Source: Bacillales bacterium
GTDB taxonomy: Bacteria; Bacillota_I; Bacilli_A; RF39; UBA660
DNA length: 64,000 nucleotides
Assembly: GCA_016292035.1 (NCBI GenBank)
Contig: JAEEZR010000026.1
Span: 16,655-80,654 of the forward strand
Reading direction: 5' to 3'
The position numbers were made by a program, and so were the translations under genes. Within the stretch, counting starts at the first letter, position 1. Every line of letters begins with the position of its first letter. The notes beneath the pieces are model-generated. The model saw only the letters and a program-made list of their open reading frames with translations. It ran no database searches and was not told where the DNA came from. This document shows, piece after piece, positions 44,170 through 54,351 of the stretch.

Positions 44170-46221
44170 TTATGAACTACAAGTCTCAATTTTTAATGTG
44201 TTATTCTTAATCTTAAACATAATACTACCATCTTGATCTGTTCTATATATTTTAGAATTTTCTAGATTATTTAATACTTCTTTATTTGGATGACCATACT
44301 TGTTATTCTTTCCAACACTAATAACAGAATAATTAGGTTTTATTTTATCTATAAACTCAATACTTGAACTTGTCCTACTACCATGATGTCCTACTTTTAA
44401 TATATCTATATCTAGTAGATTATATTTACTCATTATTTCTTTTTCAGTAGTAACTCCAGCATCTCCCATAAACATAAATTTATAACCATCAAGTTCTGTA
44501 TAAATAACATTTGAGTTATCATTTTCATTATCATATTCTTTTGTCTGCAAGAAATAAAGTTTGTTATTATCTATATTTAGTTCTTTAATACATGAATAAT
44601 AATTAATCTTCTTTTTATTCAAAACTTTTATTAATTCTTGTTCTAAATCATTATAAGCTCCACAATTAAAGATTACTTTTTCTACCTTGTAGTTTTCGAC
44701 TAAATTAATGGCTTCTCCCATATGATCATAATCACCATGGCTAATTACCAAAAATCTAATAGAACTAATGCCATTCTTTCTTAAAAAAGGAATAGTTTTA
44801 TTAATAGCTATATTAGAATAATTGCTATTTATATTGCCACCAGTATCTATAAGAACAGCTCCCTTACCAGCTGGATACGAAATCAATATACTGTCTCCTT
44901 GAGATACGTCTAAATAAAAAACTTTATAAGAATAATCAAAATAAGGATACATCTTTAAACATAAAGCTAAACCAAATAAAAGAATAAGTAAGTATTTATT
45001 TCTATGCATAGCCAAATAAAGAATCACTAGATACAAAAGAATAAACCATGACGAAAAATGAGGATAATAAACTATTAAATTGCAAAGTGAAAATAACTTA
45101 TTAATTGATAGCAAAACATAAATAACTTTATCATAAATAAATAAAAGGAAAGGAAATAAAAAAGTAAGAAGACTAAGAGGAAAAACAATTAAACTAACAT
45201 AAGGCACCAAAAATATATTAAATATGATTGAAAGCAAGTTAACCTGTCCAAAATAATAAGCAGATAATAAAAAAGTAGTTGCAAATGAAAGAAATGAAAC
45301 AAATATAATGCTTTTAAAATAGCTAGAAGTTCTTTTAGTAAATCTAATTAGAAAGAAAACACTTATGAAAGAAAGTAAAAAAGCACTGTCAAAAAGACCA
45401 TAAGGAAAAATAAATAATGTAATAGAAAAACAGATAAGAAGCATATTGATATTACTTGTTTTTATATCAAAAAGTTCAAATAAAAAAGCTAATATAAAGA
45501 AAAGAACAGCTCTAAATAGAGAAATACTAGATGCATTAATTAAATAAAACATTAGTAAAATAATTGATACTATAAAATATCTTATAGTTTTACGAACATG
45601 AATCTTTCTTAGAAAAAAGAGTAAAAAGGCACTAAAGAAACTAACATGCATGCCAGAAAGAGCTAGCAAATGTGAAACACCATTATCTCTAAATAAATCT
45701 AAATCATCTTTAATCATTTTATTATTACCAAGTATGAAGGCATACATATATGGGTTATTTATTAAACTTGCTCTCTTATATAAATAGTTTTTTAATCTAT
45801 AAAAAAGACTATTACTTCTATTAATAGCAGTAATACTATTAATCTTAATACTAAAGTATACCATTCGAAGTGCTAAATACCTTTTATAATTAAATGCATT
45901 AAAAAAAGTATTAGAGCTTATTTTATCAATATCACCATTGATCTCAATATTGCTGCCATAACTTATATTTTTTTTAAGAAAATCATAATCATCTTTAAAA
46001 TAATAATAGGAGATAACCTTAAATGGGCAAGAAAGCTCCATAGTAAGCCTATCTCCATCAAAATTGTAACTATTTACCTTACAACTATAAGTATTTGACT
46101 TTATAATACTAGCGCTATAATTAAGCCTATAATTTGTTATAACTAATGAATAAATAACAGAAAATAAAATAATTAATATAATAAAAAGCTTAGACTGTAA
46201 TACTGTCTTTAATAGCTTCAT
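44170..46221 (-). CDS. comEC: DNA internalization competence protein ComEC/Rec2
   Basis: Polytopic competence domain plus C-terminal metallo-beta-lactamase domain (DVSQGDSILI, ISHGDYDHMGE, GHHGS, YGHPNKEVL). Confidence 0.9.
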   Translation of the reverse strand: MKLLKTVLQSKLFIILIILFSVIYSLVITNYRLNYSASIIKSNTYSCKVNSYNFDGDRLTMELSCPFKVISYYYFKDDYDFLKKNISYGSNIEINGDIDKISSNTFFNAFNYKRYLALRMVYFSIKINSITAINRSNSLFYRLKNYLYKRASLINNPYMYAFILGNNKMIKDDLDLFRDNGVSHLLALSGMHVSFFSAFLLFFLRKIHVRKTIRYFIVSIILLMFYLINASSISLFRAVLFFILAFLFELFDIKTSNINMLLICFSITLFIFPYGLFDSAFLLSFISVFFLIRFTKRTSSYFKSIIFVSFLSFATTFLLSAYYFGQVNLLSIIFNIFLVPYVSLIVFPLSLLTFLFPFLLFIYDKVIYVLLSINKLFSLCNLIVYYPHFSSWFILLYLVILYLAMHRNKYLLILLFGLALCLKMYPYFDYSYKVFYLDVSQGDSILISYPAGKGAVLIDTGGNINSNYSNIAINKTIPFLRKNGISSIRFLVISHGDYDHMGEAINLVENYKVEKVIFNCGAYNDLEQELIKVLNKKKINYYSCIKELNIDNNKLYFLQTKEYDNENDNSNVIYTELDGYKFMFMGDAGVTTEKEIMSKYNLLDIDILKVGHHGSRTSSSIEFIDKIKPNYSVISVGKNNKYGHPNKEVLNNLENSKIYRTDQDGSIMFKIKNNTLKIETCSS

Positions 46222-46909
46222 AAAGTTTTTCGCCTATGCCTTCGACGTTCATAATATCTTCTTTCCTCTTAAAAGGTCCATTATTCTCTCTATAATCAAT
46301 AATTTTTAGAGCTTTACTCTCACCTATTCCTTCTAAAGTAGATATTTGTTCTTTAGAAGCAGTATTAATATTCACAAATTTGTTCAAATTACTAGTGTCA
46401 TTAGAAATTGATGTTGTATTGCCAGTTATTTCGTCATTATCTAATGAAGCAATGTTATATAAAGAGCATACTCCATTATTAACTCTTTTATAATTGTCTT
46501 CACAAACAATAGGTATATCGTTCATAAGATAAAACTCTACTTCCTCTTTAGTATTAACTATAATAACGTTTTCATCAAATATTCTTTTAGCTAAATTAAG
46601 ATTAAGAACATATGCATTTTCAGATAATCCTCCAGCCTTATGTATAGCATCAATTACCCTATCTGATTCACTCATTTCGTATACTCCAGGAACTTTAACA
46701 GCGCCTTTAACATCTACTTTAATAGAAGCATCAGCTTTCTTATTAGAAGAAACTACTTCGATAGTCTTATCAGCGCTTTTAACAGATGAAGAGCTAAACT
46801 TTCTATTAATTAAAATAAAAGTAGTAAAAAGAGCCACTAATAAAAAAATAGACGCCATAGCAATAATTTGTTTCTTATATACAGAATAATAGTACATTAT
46901 CTTTTTCAT
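46190..46909 (-). CDS. comEA: competence DNA receptor ComEA
   Basis: N-terminal TM helix, SLBB-like VKGAVKVPGVYEM, C-terminal HhH pair (INTASKEQISTLEGIGESKALKII ... VEGIGEKLYEAI). Confidence 0.85.
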   Translation of the reverse strand: MKKIMYYYSVYKKQIIAMASIFLLVALFTTFILINRKFSSSSVKSADKTIEVVSSNKKADASIKVDVKGAVKVPGVYEMSESDRVIDAIHKAGGLSENAYVLNLNLAKRIFDENVIIVNTKEEVEFYLMNDIPIVCEDNYKRVNNGVCSLYNIASLDNDEITGNTTSISNDTSNLNKFVNINTASKEQISTLEGIGESKALKIIDYRENNGPFKRKEDIMNVEGIGEKLYEAIKDSITV

Positions 46910-47063
46910 ATTTCACCTCCTTCCATTTTTAAACTATCATAAATTATCAGGAGTGTCAAATACCTCAAATATTTAAAAATAGATATATATTTAGTACTTT
47001 ATATTGCACTTATTTAAAGGCAAATATAATAAAACTAATTACAATAATAAAAAATAGAAAAAG

Positions 47064-47092
47064 AAAAAAATGTAAAAAAATTACATTTTTTC
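47064..47092. terminator. bidirectional hairpin between comEA side and dnaE
   Basis: AAAAATGTAA-AAAAA-TTACATTTTT. Confidence 0.4.
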
Positions 47093-49978
47093 ATAAGAAA
47101 TTAAAGTAAGTTGATAATCACTAAATCTTCTTTCAACTTTAGCTTTAATAGTTAAAATATCGCCTTTCTTAGCATCAAAGTTTTTATAGTCACTAGGAAA
47201 AACAGTAAGAGATATAGATGAAGTTTCATCGCTTACATTCAAGAAAGCCATTTTTTCGCCTTTTTTAGTAGTGATTTCTCTTACGCTATCGATTAAAACA
47301 CTAAATTTCATTACTTTATTAAAGTATTTAGAAGCATCACAAACATAGATCATATCGCCACTAAAGTATTTACTAGCAGGATGATTTTTTGCATAGAAAC
47401 CAAATAATTTATACTCCTCAGAATCTAAGTATGCATAATCATACTCTTTTTCAGTATTAACTAGAGGCTCTTCAACATTCATTCCAAGTTTAAAGCATAG
47501 CTTAGCATATTCATTTATACTAGGAAGATTACTAATCATAGTCTTTCTATTTAATCCAAAATCGTCTAATGCGCCGCTCATAATAAGAGCTGACATAGTC
47601 CTATCATCAAAATGAGAGTTATACATTCTTTTAACAAAGTCAGAAAAAGAAGCAAATTTACCATTAGTTCTTTCTTTAATTATTGAAAGAGCATTATCTT
47701 TACTAATACCATTAATAATATTAAGTGGATAGTAAATAGTGTCTTTATCATTTATAAACTCATAAGAACTATAATTTACATTAACATACTTAAAAACTAT
47801 TCCATATTTCTTAGACTCATTAATTAAATTCTTTAATTTATCAGTTGAAGACATACTATCATTAAGAAGCTCACACATAAAATAAGAAGTAAAATGAGCT
47901 TTCAAATATGCCATTTGATAAGCAACTAAAGAATAAGCTACACTATGTGACTTATTGAATCCATAATTAGCAAACTTTAATACTAAATCATAAATCATAT
48001 TAGCAGTTTTATTATCAAGTCCATTATTACAAGCACCTTTAACAAATCTATCTCTGTTTTCTGCTATAACGTCTTCTTTCTTCTTAGACATAGCTCTTCT
48101 AATAATATCAGCTTCACTATAAGAAAAACCACCAATTCTTTTGAGAATATCTAATATTTGCTCTTGGTAAACAATAATTCCATTAGTGTTTCCAATAATA
48201 CTATCAAGTTCTTCACAAATAAAGGGTACTTTTTCCTTTCCTTCACGCCTTTTAATAAAAGATGGTATGTTGTCCTTAGGACCAGGTCTATAAAGAGCTA
48301 TAGCTAAAACTAAATCATCAAATGACTTAACTTTTAGACTTTTTAAAAAGCTCTTCATGCCTTGACTTTCAAACTGGAATATACCACTAGTATCGCCATT
48401 ATAAAAAATATCAAGAGTCTTTTTATCATTAAGAGGAATATTGCTCAAAACAACATCTTTTTTGTAGTCAGAGCTAATCTTTTTACATATATTTAAAATA
48501 ATAGATAAGTTTTTAATAGCAAGAAAATCTATTTTAATAAGTCCAACACGTTCCAAGTATTCCATGGTATATCCAGTAAGAGCAATGCCATTAGAATAGT
48601 ATATGGGTGCTCTATTACAGATTTTATCACTACTAATTACTACACCAGCAGCATGTATGCTAGTATGTCTTTTAATTCCTTCAATTTTACTGCATATTCT
48701 AAACAACTTTTTAAGATCATCATTTTCATTAATAAGACTCATAAAAGAACTATTAGTGTTTAAAGATTCATGAGTATCATCATCTTTAATAAGTGCACTT
48801 ATACTATCAATCTTACTAGTTGGAATAGATAAAACCTTTCCAATATCTCTAACAGCTTGTTTTATAGAAAGAGAACTAAAAGTGATAATATTAGCAACAT
48901 TACTTTCTCCATATTTACTTTTAACATATGAAACTACTTCATCTCTTCTTAAATATTCAATATCAACGTCTATATCAGGCATAGTAACCCTATCTTTATT
49001 TAAAAATCTTTCGAAAATAAGTCCATATTTAATAGGATCAATCTCAGTAATACCCAAAGAATAGCTTACTAGACTTCCAGCAGCGCTTCCCCTTCCAGGC
49101 CCAATTAATATACCATTCTTTTTAGCGTGCAATATAAAGTCATATACTATTAAGAAATAATCAGTAAAATTCATGCTTTTAATTACATCAAGTTCCATCT
49201 TAAGTCTATCACTATATATATCGCTTACTTTTCCACCAAGTCTCTTACTAATACCTTTTAGACAAAGCTTTTCAAGCAGTAAATCAGAATCAGATGAATA
49301 CTTTGGAAGAGAATAATCTATTTTAGGAAATTGAATATCAATATTATTAGAAAACAAAAAAGTATTCTTAGCATCAGCTTCATCTATATCATAATTCAAA
49401 TAACACTCGCTCTTAAAGCTATCATACTCGCCTATATTTTTACCCTCTCTAATAAGGGAAAGATAAGGAAGATATTCTAAGTCATTTTGATTAATACATC
49501 TGCTTTCCTTAATATAAACAATCTTATCACTAATAGATAAAGCCTTTTCTTTGTCTTCTCTATTACTATAAGATAAATATACCTGCTCATAAAGCATCTT
49601 ATAATTCAAATAGTTTTCATAATCATCAGTAACACAAATTAAATCATTATTTTTATCTTTAAAATCATCAATAGTAATATTACCAGAATTCCTTAAACTA
49701 ACTAAGTTAAGTAAATTAATATAACCTTTATAATTTTTTGCATATAAAATCATTTTAAAAGAATCAATTTCAAAAGACACTCCTACAATAGGCTTAATAT
49801 TATATTTTTTGCATTCATCAATCAATTCGAGTGTACCAAATAGGTTACAATCAGTAATACCTAAAGCACTTACATTATTAGAGCTTGCGAAAGAAACAAG
49901 ATCACCAATCTTAATTAAACTACCAAGCATCTCATAGTGAGTTTTGATATTCAAAGGAACGTAATTCATTTCTTTCAC
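47081..49978 (-). CDS. dnaE: DNA polymerase III alpha subunit, DnaE type
   Basis: N-terminal PHP domain (VPLNIKTHYEM), GPGRGSAAGSLVSYSLGITEIDPI, polymerase core motifs, C-terminal OB fold. Confidence 0.9.
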   Translation of the reverse strand: MKEMNYVPLNIKTHYEMLGSLIKIGDLVSFASSNNVSALGITDCNLFGTLELIDECKKYNIKPIVGVSFEIDSFKMILYAKNYKGYINLLNLVSLRNSGNITIDDFKDKNNDLICVTDDYENYLNYKMLYEQVYLSYSNREDKEKALSISDKIVYIKESRCINQNDLEYLPYLSLIREGKNIGEYDSFKSECYLNYDIDEADAKNTFLFSNNIDIQFPKIDYSLPKYSSDSDLLLEKLCLKGISKRLGGKVSDIYSDRLKMELDVIKSMNFTDYFLIVYDFILHAKKNGILIGPGRGSAAGSLVSYSLGITEIDPIKYGLIFERFLNKDRVTMPDIDVDIEYLRRDEVVSYVKSKYGESNVANIITFSSLSIKQAVRDIGKVLSIPTSKIDSISALIKDDDTHESLNTNSSFMSLINENDDLKKLFRICSKIEGIKRHTSIHAAGVVISSDKICNRAPIYYSNGIALTGYTMEYLERVGLIKIDFLAIKNLSIILNICKKISSDYKKDVVLSNIPLNDKKTLDIFYNGDTSGIFQFESQGMKSFLKSLKVKSFDDLVLAIALYRPGPKDNIPSFIKRREGKEKVPFICEELDSIIGNTNGIIVYQEQILDILKRIGGFSYSEADIIRRAMSKKKEDVIAENRDRFVKGACNNGLDNKTANMIYDLVLKFANYGFNKSHSVAYSLVAYQMAYLKAHFTSYFMCELLNDSMSSTDKLKNLINESKKYGIVFKYVNVNYSSYEFINDKDTIYYPLNIINGISKDNALSIIKERTNGKFASFSDFVKRMYNSHFDDRTMSALIMSGALDDFGLNRKTMISNLPSINEYAKLCFKLGMNVEEPLVNTEKEYDYAYLDSEEYKLFGFYAKNHPASKYFSGDMIYVCDASKYFNKVMKFSVLIDSVREITTKKGEKMAFLNVSDETSSISLTVFPSDYKNFDAKKGDILTIKAKVERRFSDYQLTLISYEKM

Positions 49979-50017
49979 CTTCTATTTTTAGAGTAGCATT
50001 TATCTATTTTTAAGTCA

Positions 50018-50042
50018 AGAAAAAAGAAGCATTAAGCTTCTT
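50018..50042 (-). terminator. rho-independent terminator
   Basis: AAGAAGC / GCTTCTT stem followed by a T-run on the minus strand. Confidence 0.55.
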
Positions 50043-50051
50043 TTAGATTTA

Positions 50052-50510
50052 CTAATTACAAGAACATGTAACGTTAGATCCGCTAGCAGTACAAGTTAGA
50101 GTTTTATTATCAGGTTCTCCAACTTCTTCTCTAGTAATGTTAAGTTTAGGATTACTATTGGCAACATAGCAGAAGTTTCCATCAGAAACACCGATTTGAG
50201 CTACGTTTCCTTCACCGTTAATGCTAACAAAGTATTTAACATTAGTAGACCCAACATCTAATTGTCCGCAAGAACTTATTCCAGTTGGACAAGTGCTAGC
50301 AAAAGTACTAGTTGCAGATCCAGATAAAGAACTAGAAATATATTGAGTATTAGCAGTTCTCCAAACAGTTTGTACTTGAGTAATGAATGCATCTTTTCTA
50401 CCATTTTGGAACATATTTAATACGTTTGGCATAATTAGAAGCATTAATATAGCTAAAATAGCGATTACTGCAAGTAACTCAACTAAAGTAAAACCTTTTT
50501 TGCTTTCCAT
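50052..50510 (-). CDS. type IV pilin / ComGC-like major pseudopilin (152 aa, 6 Cys)
   Basis: Start is the ATG at 50510 (RBS GGAGGAATAAAAGTT). MESKKGFTLVELLAVIAILAIL is a prepilin cleavage-methylation motif. Confidence 0.75.
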   Translation of the reverse strand: MESKKGFTLVELLAVIAILAILMLLIMPNVLNMFQNGRKDAFITQVQTVWRTANTQYISSSLSGSATSTFASTCPTGISSCGQLDVGSTNVKYFVSINGEGNVAQIGVSDGNFCYVANSNPKLNITREEVGEPDNKTLTCTASGSNVTCSCN

Positions 50511-50583
50511 AACTTTTATTCCTCCTTCTATCATATTACAAAGTTATTATAACAAAATTCTAACAAACTAGTCAATAAATATT

Positions 50584-50808
50584 TTAGTTTTCTTTAGATG
50601 TTTCAAAAAAAGCTTTTATGATATTAGCGCTAAACTGCATACGTTCTACTTTATCACTAAAAGAAAGAGAATATCTTTTTTTCATTTGCTTTACATAATC
50701 ATCAAAATTTCCTCTCCTATTAAAGTACTTTATATAATAACTATTCTCTCTAAGAAACCTAAGAAGATTCTTATCATTATATATTTTAATTCTAGTCTCA
50801 TATTTCAT
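50584..50808 (-). CDS. small protein, YlbE-like (by pattern and neighbourhood)
   Basis: 74 aa with LLRFLRENSYYIKYFNR...KVERM. Follows a YlbD-like gene. Weak by-eye call. Confidence 0.35.
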   Translation of the reverse strand: MKYETRIKIYNDKNLLRFLRENSYYIKYFNRRGNFDDYVKQMKKRYSLSFSDKVERMQFSANIIKAFFETSKEN

Positions 50809-51149
50809 TACTCATCAAACAGCCTTTCAATGCCATCATTGTTTCCACGCTTAAAAATGTCTTTCTTAGCTTCTTTATTAGTAACAATTTCTTCTAAGAA
50901 ACCAAGAGCTTTTTCTATATTAGAAACATTTTGATCAAGCTTATCCATATCTATCTTTTTTAAATAATCAACTACTTTTCTAGCTGAAAAACCAAAGCTA
51001 CTAACTAAGTTATCCCATACTTCACTACTCTCTCCATATATGTCATAAGTTTCATATAGCTTTTGATATGTACTTTTCCCATCAATAACTATTTTTGCAA
51101 TATCTTTCCTTTTTCTAAGGAATTCTTTAAAAGCCTCTCTTTTATCCAA
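50808..51149 (-). CDS. small protein, YlbD-like
   Basis: AFKEFLRK...STYQKLYETYDIYGESSEVW resembles the YlbD pattern FKEFV...WQ..YE.W.L.GE...W. A probable TTG start at 51149 follows AGGGGTGAT. Confidence 0.35.
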   Translation of the reverse strand: MDKREAFKEFLRKRKDIAKIVIDGKSTYQKLYETYDIYGESSEVWDNLVSSFGFSARKVVDYLKKIDMDKLDQNVSNIEKALGFLEEIVTNKEAKKDIFKRGNNDGIERLFDE

Positions 51150-51175
51150 ATGAATCACCCCTAATAATATATGTA

Positions 51176-51853
51176 TCAAATATTCATATTTTTACTTTCT
51201 TCATAAAAACTATAAAAAGAGTTACTTGAAATAATAATATGATCAACCATTTTAATGCCAATAATTTTACTTGCTTCGTATAATCTATTAGTAATATCTA
51301 TATCAATGCTAGAAGGCGTAACATCGCCACTTGGATGATTATGCATAACAACAAAGAAACTAGCACTTTCACTAATAGCATATTTAAATATTTCTCTAGG
51401 ATGAACATTAACGCTATCAACAGTACCAACAAACATTTTTTTCTTAGAAATATAATTCATTTTAGTATCAAATAAAATACAGTAAAAGTTTTCCTGTTTT
51501 TCATATAAAAAGTCATATTTAAAATAGTTATATATATCTACTGCATTAGAAAGTTTAATCTTTTCGTCAGTTTTATTAATTCTTCTAGAAATTTCAAATG
51601 CAGCTAAAAGCGACGAAGCTTTACTTTTCTTAATTCCTTTTTCTTTAATCAAAGAGTTATATGAACACATAGATAATTTGCCAATAGAGCCATATTTCTT
51701 AAGCAGATTATTAGATATTTCATTAACGCTATTATCTTTATCTCCTACTCTTAAAATAATAGAGAGTAATTCGCTATCGCTTAAGTAGCCAGGACCATTA
51801 TTAATAAGCTTTTCTCTAGGCTTTTCTTCATTTATTAAGTCTTTTAATTTCAT
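51176..51853 (-). CDS. radC: RadC-like JAB domain protein
   Basis: PREKL N-terminus, HhH region, HNHPSGD JAMM motif. Start is the ATG at 51853 (RBS GGAGGAAAAT). Confidence 0.85.
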   Translation of the reverse strand: MKLKDLINEEKPREKLINNGPGYLSDSELLSIILRVGDKDNSVNEISNNLLKKYGSIGKLSMCSYNSLIKEKGIKKSKASSLLAAFEISRRINKTDEKIKLSNAVDIYNYFKYDFLYEKQENFYCILFDTKMNYISKKKMFVGTVDSVNVHPREIFKYAISESASFFVVMHNHPSGDVTPSSIDIDITNRLYEASKIIGIKMVDHIIISSNSFYSFYEESKNMNI

Positions 51854-51928
51854 ATTTTCCTCCAAAACAAAAAGTAGCCCCTTAAGGCTACAGTTATTTA
51901 TTCCTAATAAAAATATACTAAACACTAG

Positions 51929-52369
51929 CTAATAAATCAACTCTAAATCATAATAATCTTTAATTACTTCAACTTCTTCTTTCAAAATAAGTTTCATTTT
52001 ATCAAAAGAATCACATTTTAAAATAGCTCTATCAAAGTCAGAAATCTTCATAGCAAAATCTTTATCACTTATAACAATAACTTTCTTAAAAGATGTATCA
52101 GTAGCGTCATAACTACTAACTACTTTACTATAAGCTTCATCGCTAAGAAGCAAAGCAAGATAAACTTTATACATACTATCATCTTTCATAACAAAAGAAT
52201 ATTTATAATTATGAGAAGCATTAATAGCGTTATCTAAATTATTATAAGCACCAACCTGAACCATATAACCTATAGTCTTATAATTGCTAAGAGCCTTATA
52301 CATCTTTAATATAGCAAAAGAAAATATAGAAGAAATAATAATGCTAAACAAAAAAACTTTCTTATTCAT
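51929..52369 (-). CDS. membrane-anchored SPOR-domain-like protein
   Basis: Start is the ATG at 52369 (RBS TTGGTGAT). TM helix followed by a YMVQVGAYNNLDNA SPOR-type motif. Confidence 0.45.
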   Translation of the reverse strand: MNKKVFLFSIIISSIFSFAILKMYKALSNYKTIGYMVQVGAYNNLDNAINASHNYKYSFVMKDDSMYKVYLALLLSDEAYSKVVSSYDATDTSFKKVIVISDKDFAMKISDFDRAILKCDSFDKMKLILKEEVEVIKDYYDLELIY

Positions 52370-52414
52370 AAAATCACCAAGAATATTATAAATAAGAAAG
52401 CACAAAAACAATGT

Positions 52415-52440
52415 CGAAAAAAGCACCCTAAATGGGTGCT
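52415..52440 (-). terminator. rho-independent terminator after rpmF
   Basis: AGCACCC / GGGTGCT stem followed by a T-run on the minus strand. Confidence 0.65.
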
Positions 52441-52446
52441 AAATAA

Positions 52447-52650
52447 TTAATTTTCTTCTTTTTTAATTACTTCTTTACCTTTGTATTGTCCGCATTTACT
52501 GCAAGCTCTATGAGGAGCAATAGCTGCGCCACAATTTTTGCAAGTTACTGTAGTAGGAGCATCTTTCTTAAGATGAGTTCTTCTAGCTCTTTTAGCAGTT
52601 TTACTAGTTCTTCTTGCAGGTACTGCAAATAATTGTAAATCAAATTTCAT
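52447..52650 (-). CDS. rpmF: 50S ribosomal protein L32 (zinc-ribbon form) with 9-residue N-terminal extension
   Basis: [18 protein letters not shown] and CKNCG...CSKCG motifs. ATG at 52650 overlaps the yceD stop (ATGA). GGAGGG RBS. No alternative start lies next to AVPARR. Confidence 0.9.
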   Translation of the reverse strand: MKFDLQLFAVPARRTSKTAKRARRTHLKKDAPTTVTCKNCGAAIAPHRACSKCGQYKGKEVIKKEEN

Positions 52651-53132
52651 TCTTTTCCCTCCATATCTAATAAGTTACTAAGTTCACTAAATGGTGAATT
52701 CTCTTGACTCTTATATTCGTCAACTAAGTTCCATCCGTCTCCCTCAGTAATAAAGGAAGCATCTTCCTTAATAACTCGAAGTGGAACCTCTAGTACAATA
52801 TTTTCCCATACAATGCTCCTTAAGTCAAGCATATTTTGAGTAATTAAAGGTAAATCTTCACTAGTTTCTTCAGAAATATTTTCAGATATAGTAATGTTTA
52901 AAGGGTAATCAACTTCCTCTAGGCTTCTAGCACAAAGAAGCACCATGTTACCTTTAATGTTTAAGTCTAATTTATAAGTAGTTTCCTCTATTCTTTCTAT
53001 CTTTCCAGAAGCATGAATGTTTTCTAGTCTTACTATATCAGTATCTTTAACATCATCACTTGAAAAACTAAAATCTTCATCAATATTTAAAGAACTTACT
53101 TGAGAAGATTTAAGAGCACTAATATCAAACAT
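52647..53132 (-). CDS. yceD: YceD/DUF177 family protein
   Basis: Acidic ~160-aa protein directly upstream of rpmF (conserved pairing) with a CARSLEEV pattern. Confidence 0.7.
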   Translation of the reverse strand: MFDISALKSSQVSSLNIDEDFSFSSDDVKDTDIVRLENIHASGKIERIEETTYKLDLNIKGNMVLLCARSLEEVDYPLNITISENISEETSEDLPLITQNMLDLRSIVWENIVLEVPLRVIKEDASFITEGDGWNLVDEYKSQENSPFSELSNLLDMEGKE

Positions 53133-53223
53133 CTATACCACTCCTTTACAAGATGATTATAATACAAAACTATTTAAAAGTCTTCACTTTTTTGTTAAAA
53201 TAATGAGCGAAAGAAGGATTAAT

Positions 53224-54351
53224 ATGAATGTTATAGGAATAGTGTGCGAATATAACCCATTTCACAAAGGACATAAATACCAAATAGATGAAATAAAAAA
53301 AGAGTTTAAAGACTCAGTTATAGTAGTAGTAACTTCTACTTTGTATACACAGAGGGGTGAACTATCTCTTCTAACAAAAGAAGAAAAAACGAAAATAGCC
53401 CTTGAAAACAATGTAGACATAGTTATAGAGCTTCCTTTTGTATTTTCTAATCAATCAGCCGATACCTTTGCTTCTGCTTCTATAAGGCTTCTAAATGAGC
53501 TTAAAATAGATACTCTAGTATTTGGAAGTGAATCAAATGATTTAGAGAAATTAACAAAGGTAGCATCTATTCAAATAAATAACAAAGAATTTGACTTATT
53601 AGTAAAAGAATACATGGATAAAGGAAACAACTACCCTAGTAGTTTATCAAAAGCAGTAAAAGATTTAACAAGAATAGAAATAACTGAAAGTAATGATCTA
53701 TTAGCTATTTCGTATATAAAAGAAATACTTTCTAATAAATATAGCATTAATATTCATCCAATAAAAAGAACTAATAACTATAAAGGTAATAAAGAAACAG
53801 ACATAATAAGTGCATTTGATATAAGACAGAAACTATTAAACAATGAAGATGTAAATAAGTATATCCCATATAATAAAAATAGACTAAATACTCTAGACTA
53901 TAACTTGTTTTTTAATCTAATAAAATATTCTATCTTAGAAAAGAAAGATGAAATAAATAAAATACATCTAGTAGATGAAGGACTAGAAAACAAAATATAT
54001 AAAGCTGCTCTATCTTCAAATAATCTAAACGAATTAATTGATAGCATTAAATCTAAGAGATACACTTATAACAAAATAAACAGAATACTAATAAATATAT
54101 TTACAAACTTCACCAAAGAAGATGCTAAGAAATATAAAAAACTAGAATACATAAGAATACTAGGAATGACAACTATTGGTAAAAAGTATATAAACTCAAT
54201 AAAAAAAGAAACTACTCTTCCAATTATAACTAAATTCGAAAACTATCCATTACTAAACAAAGAGTTAGAAGTAACAAATCTATATAACTTAATATCAAAA
54301 ACAAAAATAGACGAAATAAACTATCACGTAATAATAAAAGAACTTGATTAA
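53224..54351 (+). CDS. tmcAL: tRNA(Met) cytidine acetate ligase (YlbM/TmcAL nucleotidyltransferase)
   Basis: GIVCEYNPFHKGHKYQI motif. Divergent from yceD-rpmF, as ylbM is in Bacillus. Start is the ATG at 53224. Confidence 0.75.
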   Translation: MNVIGIVCEYNPFHKGHKYQIDEIKKEFKDSVIVVVTSTLYTQRGELSLLTKEEKTKIALENNVDIVIELPFVFSNQSADTFASASIRLLNELKIDTLVFGSESNDLEKLTKVASIQINNKEFDLLVKEYMDKGNNYPSSLSKAVKDLTRIEITESNDLLAISYIKEILSNKYSINIHPIKRTNNYKGNKETDIISAFDIRQKLLNNEDVNKYIPYNKNRLNTLDYNLFFNLIKYSILEKKDEINKIHLVDEGLENKIYKAALSSNNLNELIDSIKSKRYTYNKINRILINIFTNFTKEDAKKYKKLEYIRILGMTTIGKKYINSIKKETTLPIITKFENYPLLNKELEVTNLYNLISKTKIDEINYHVIIKELD

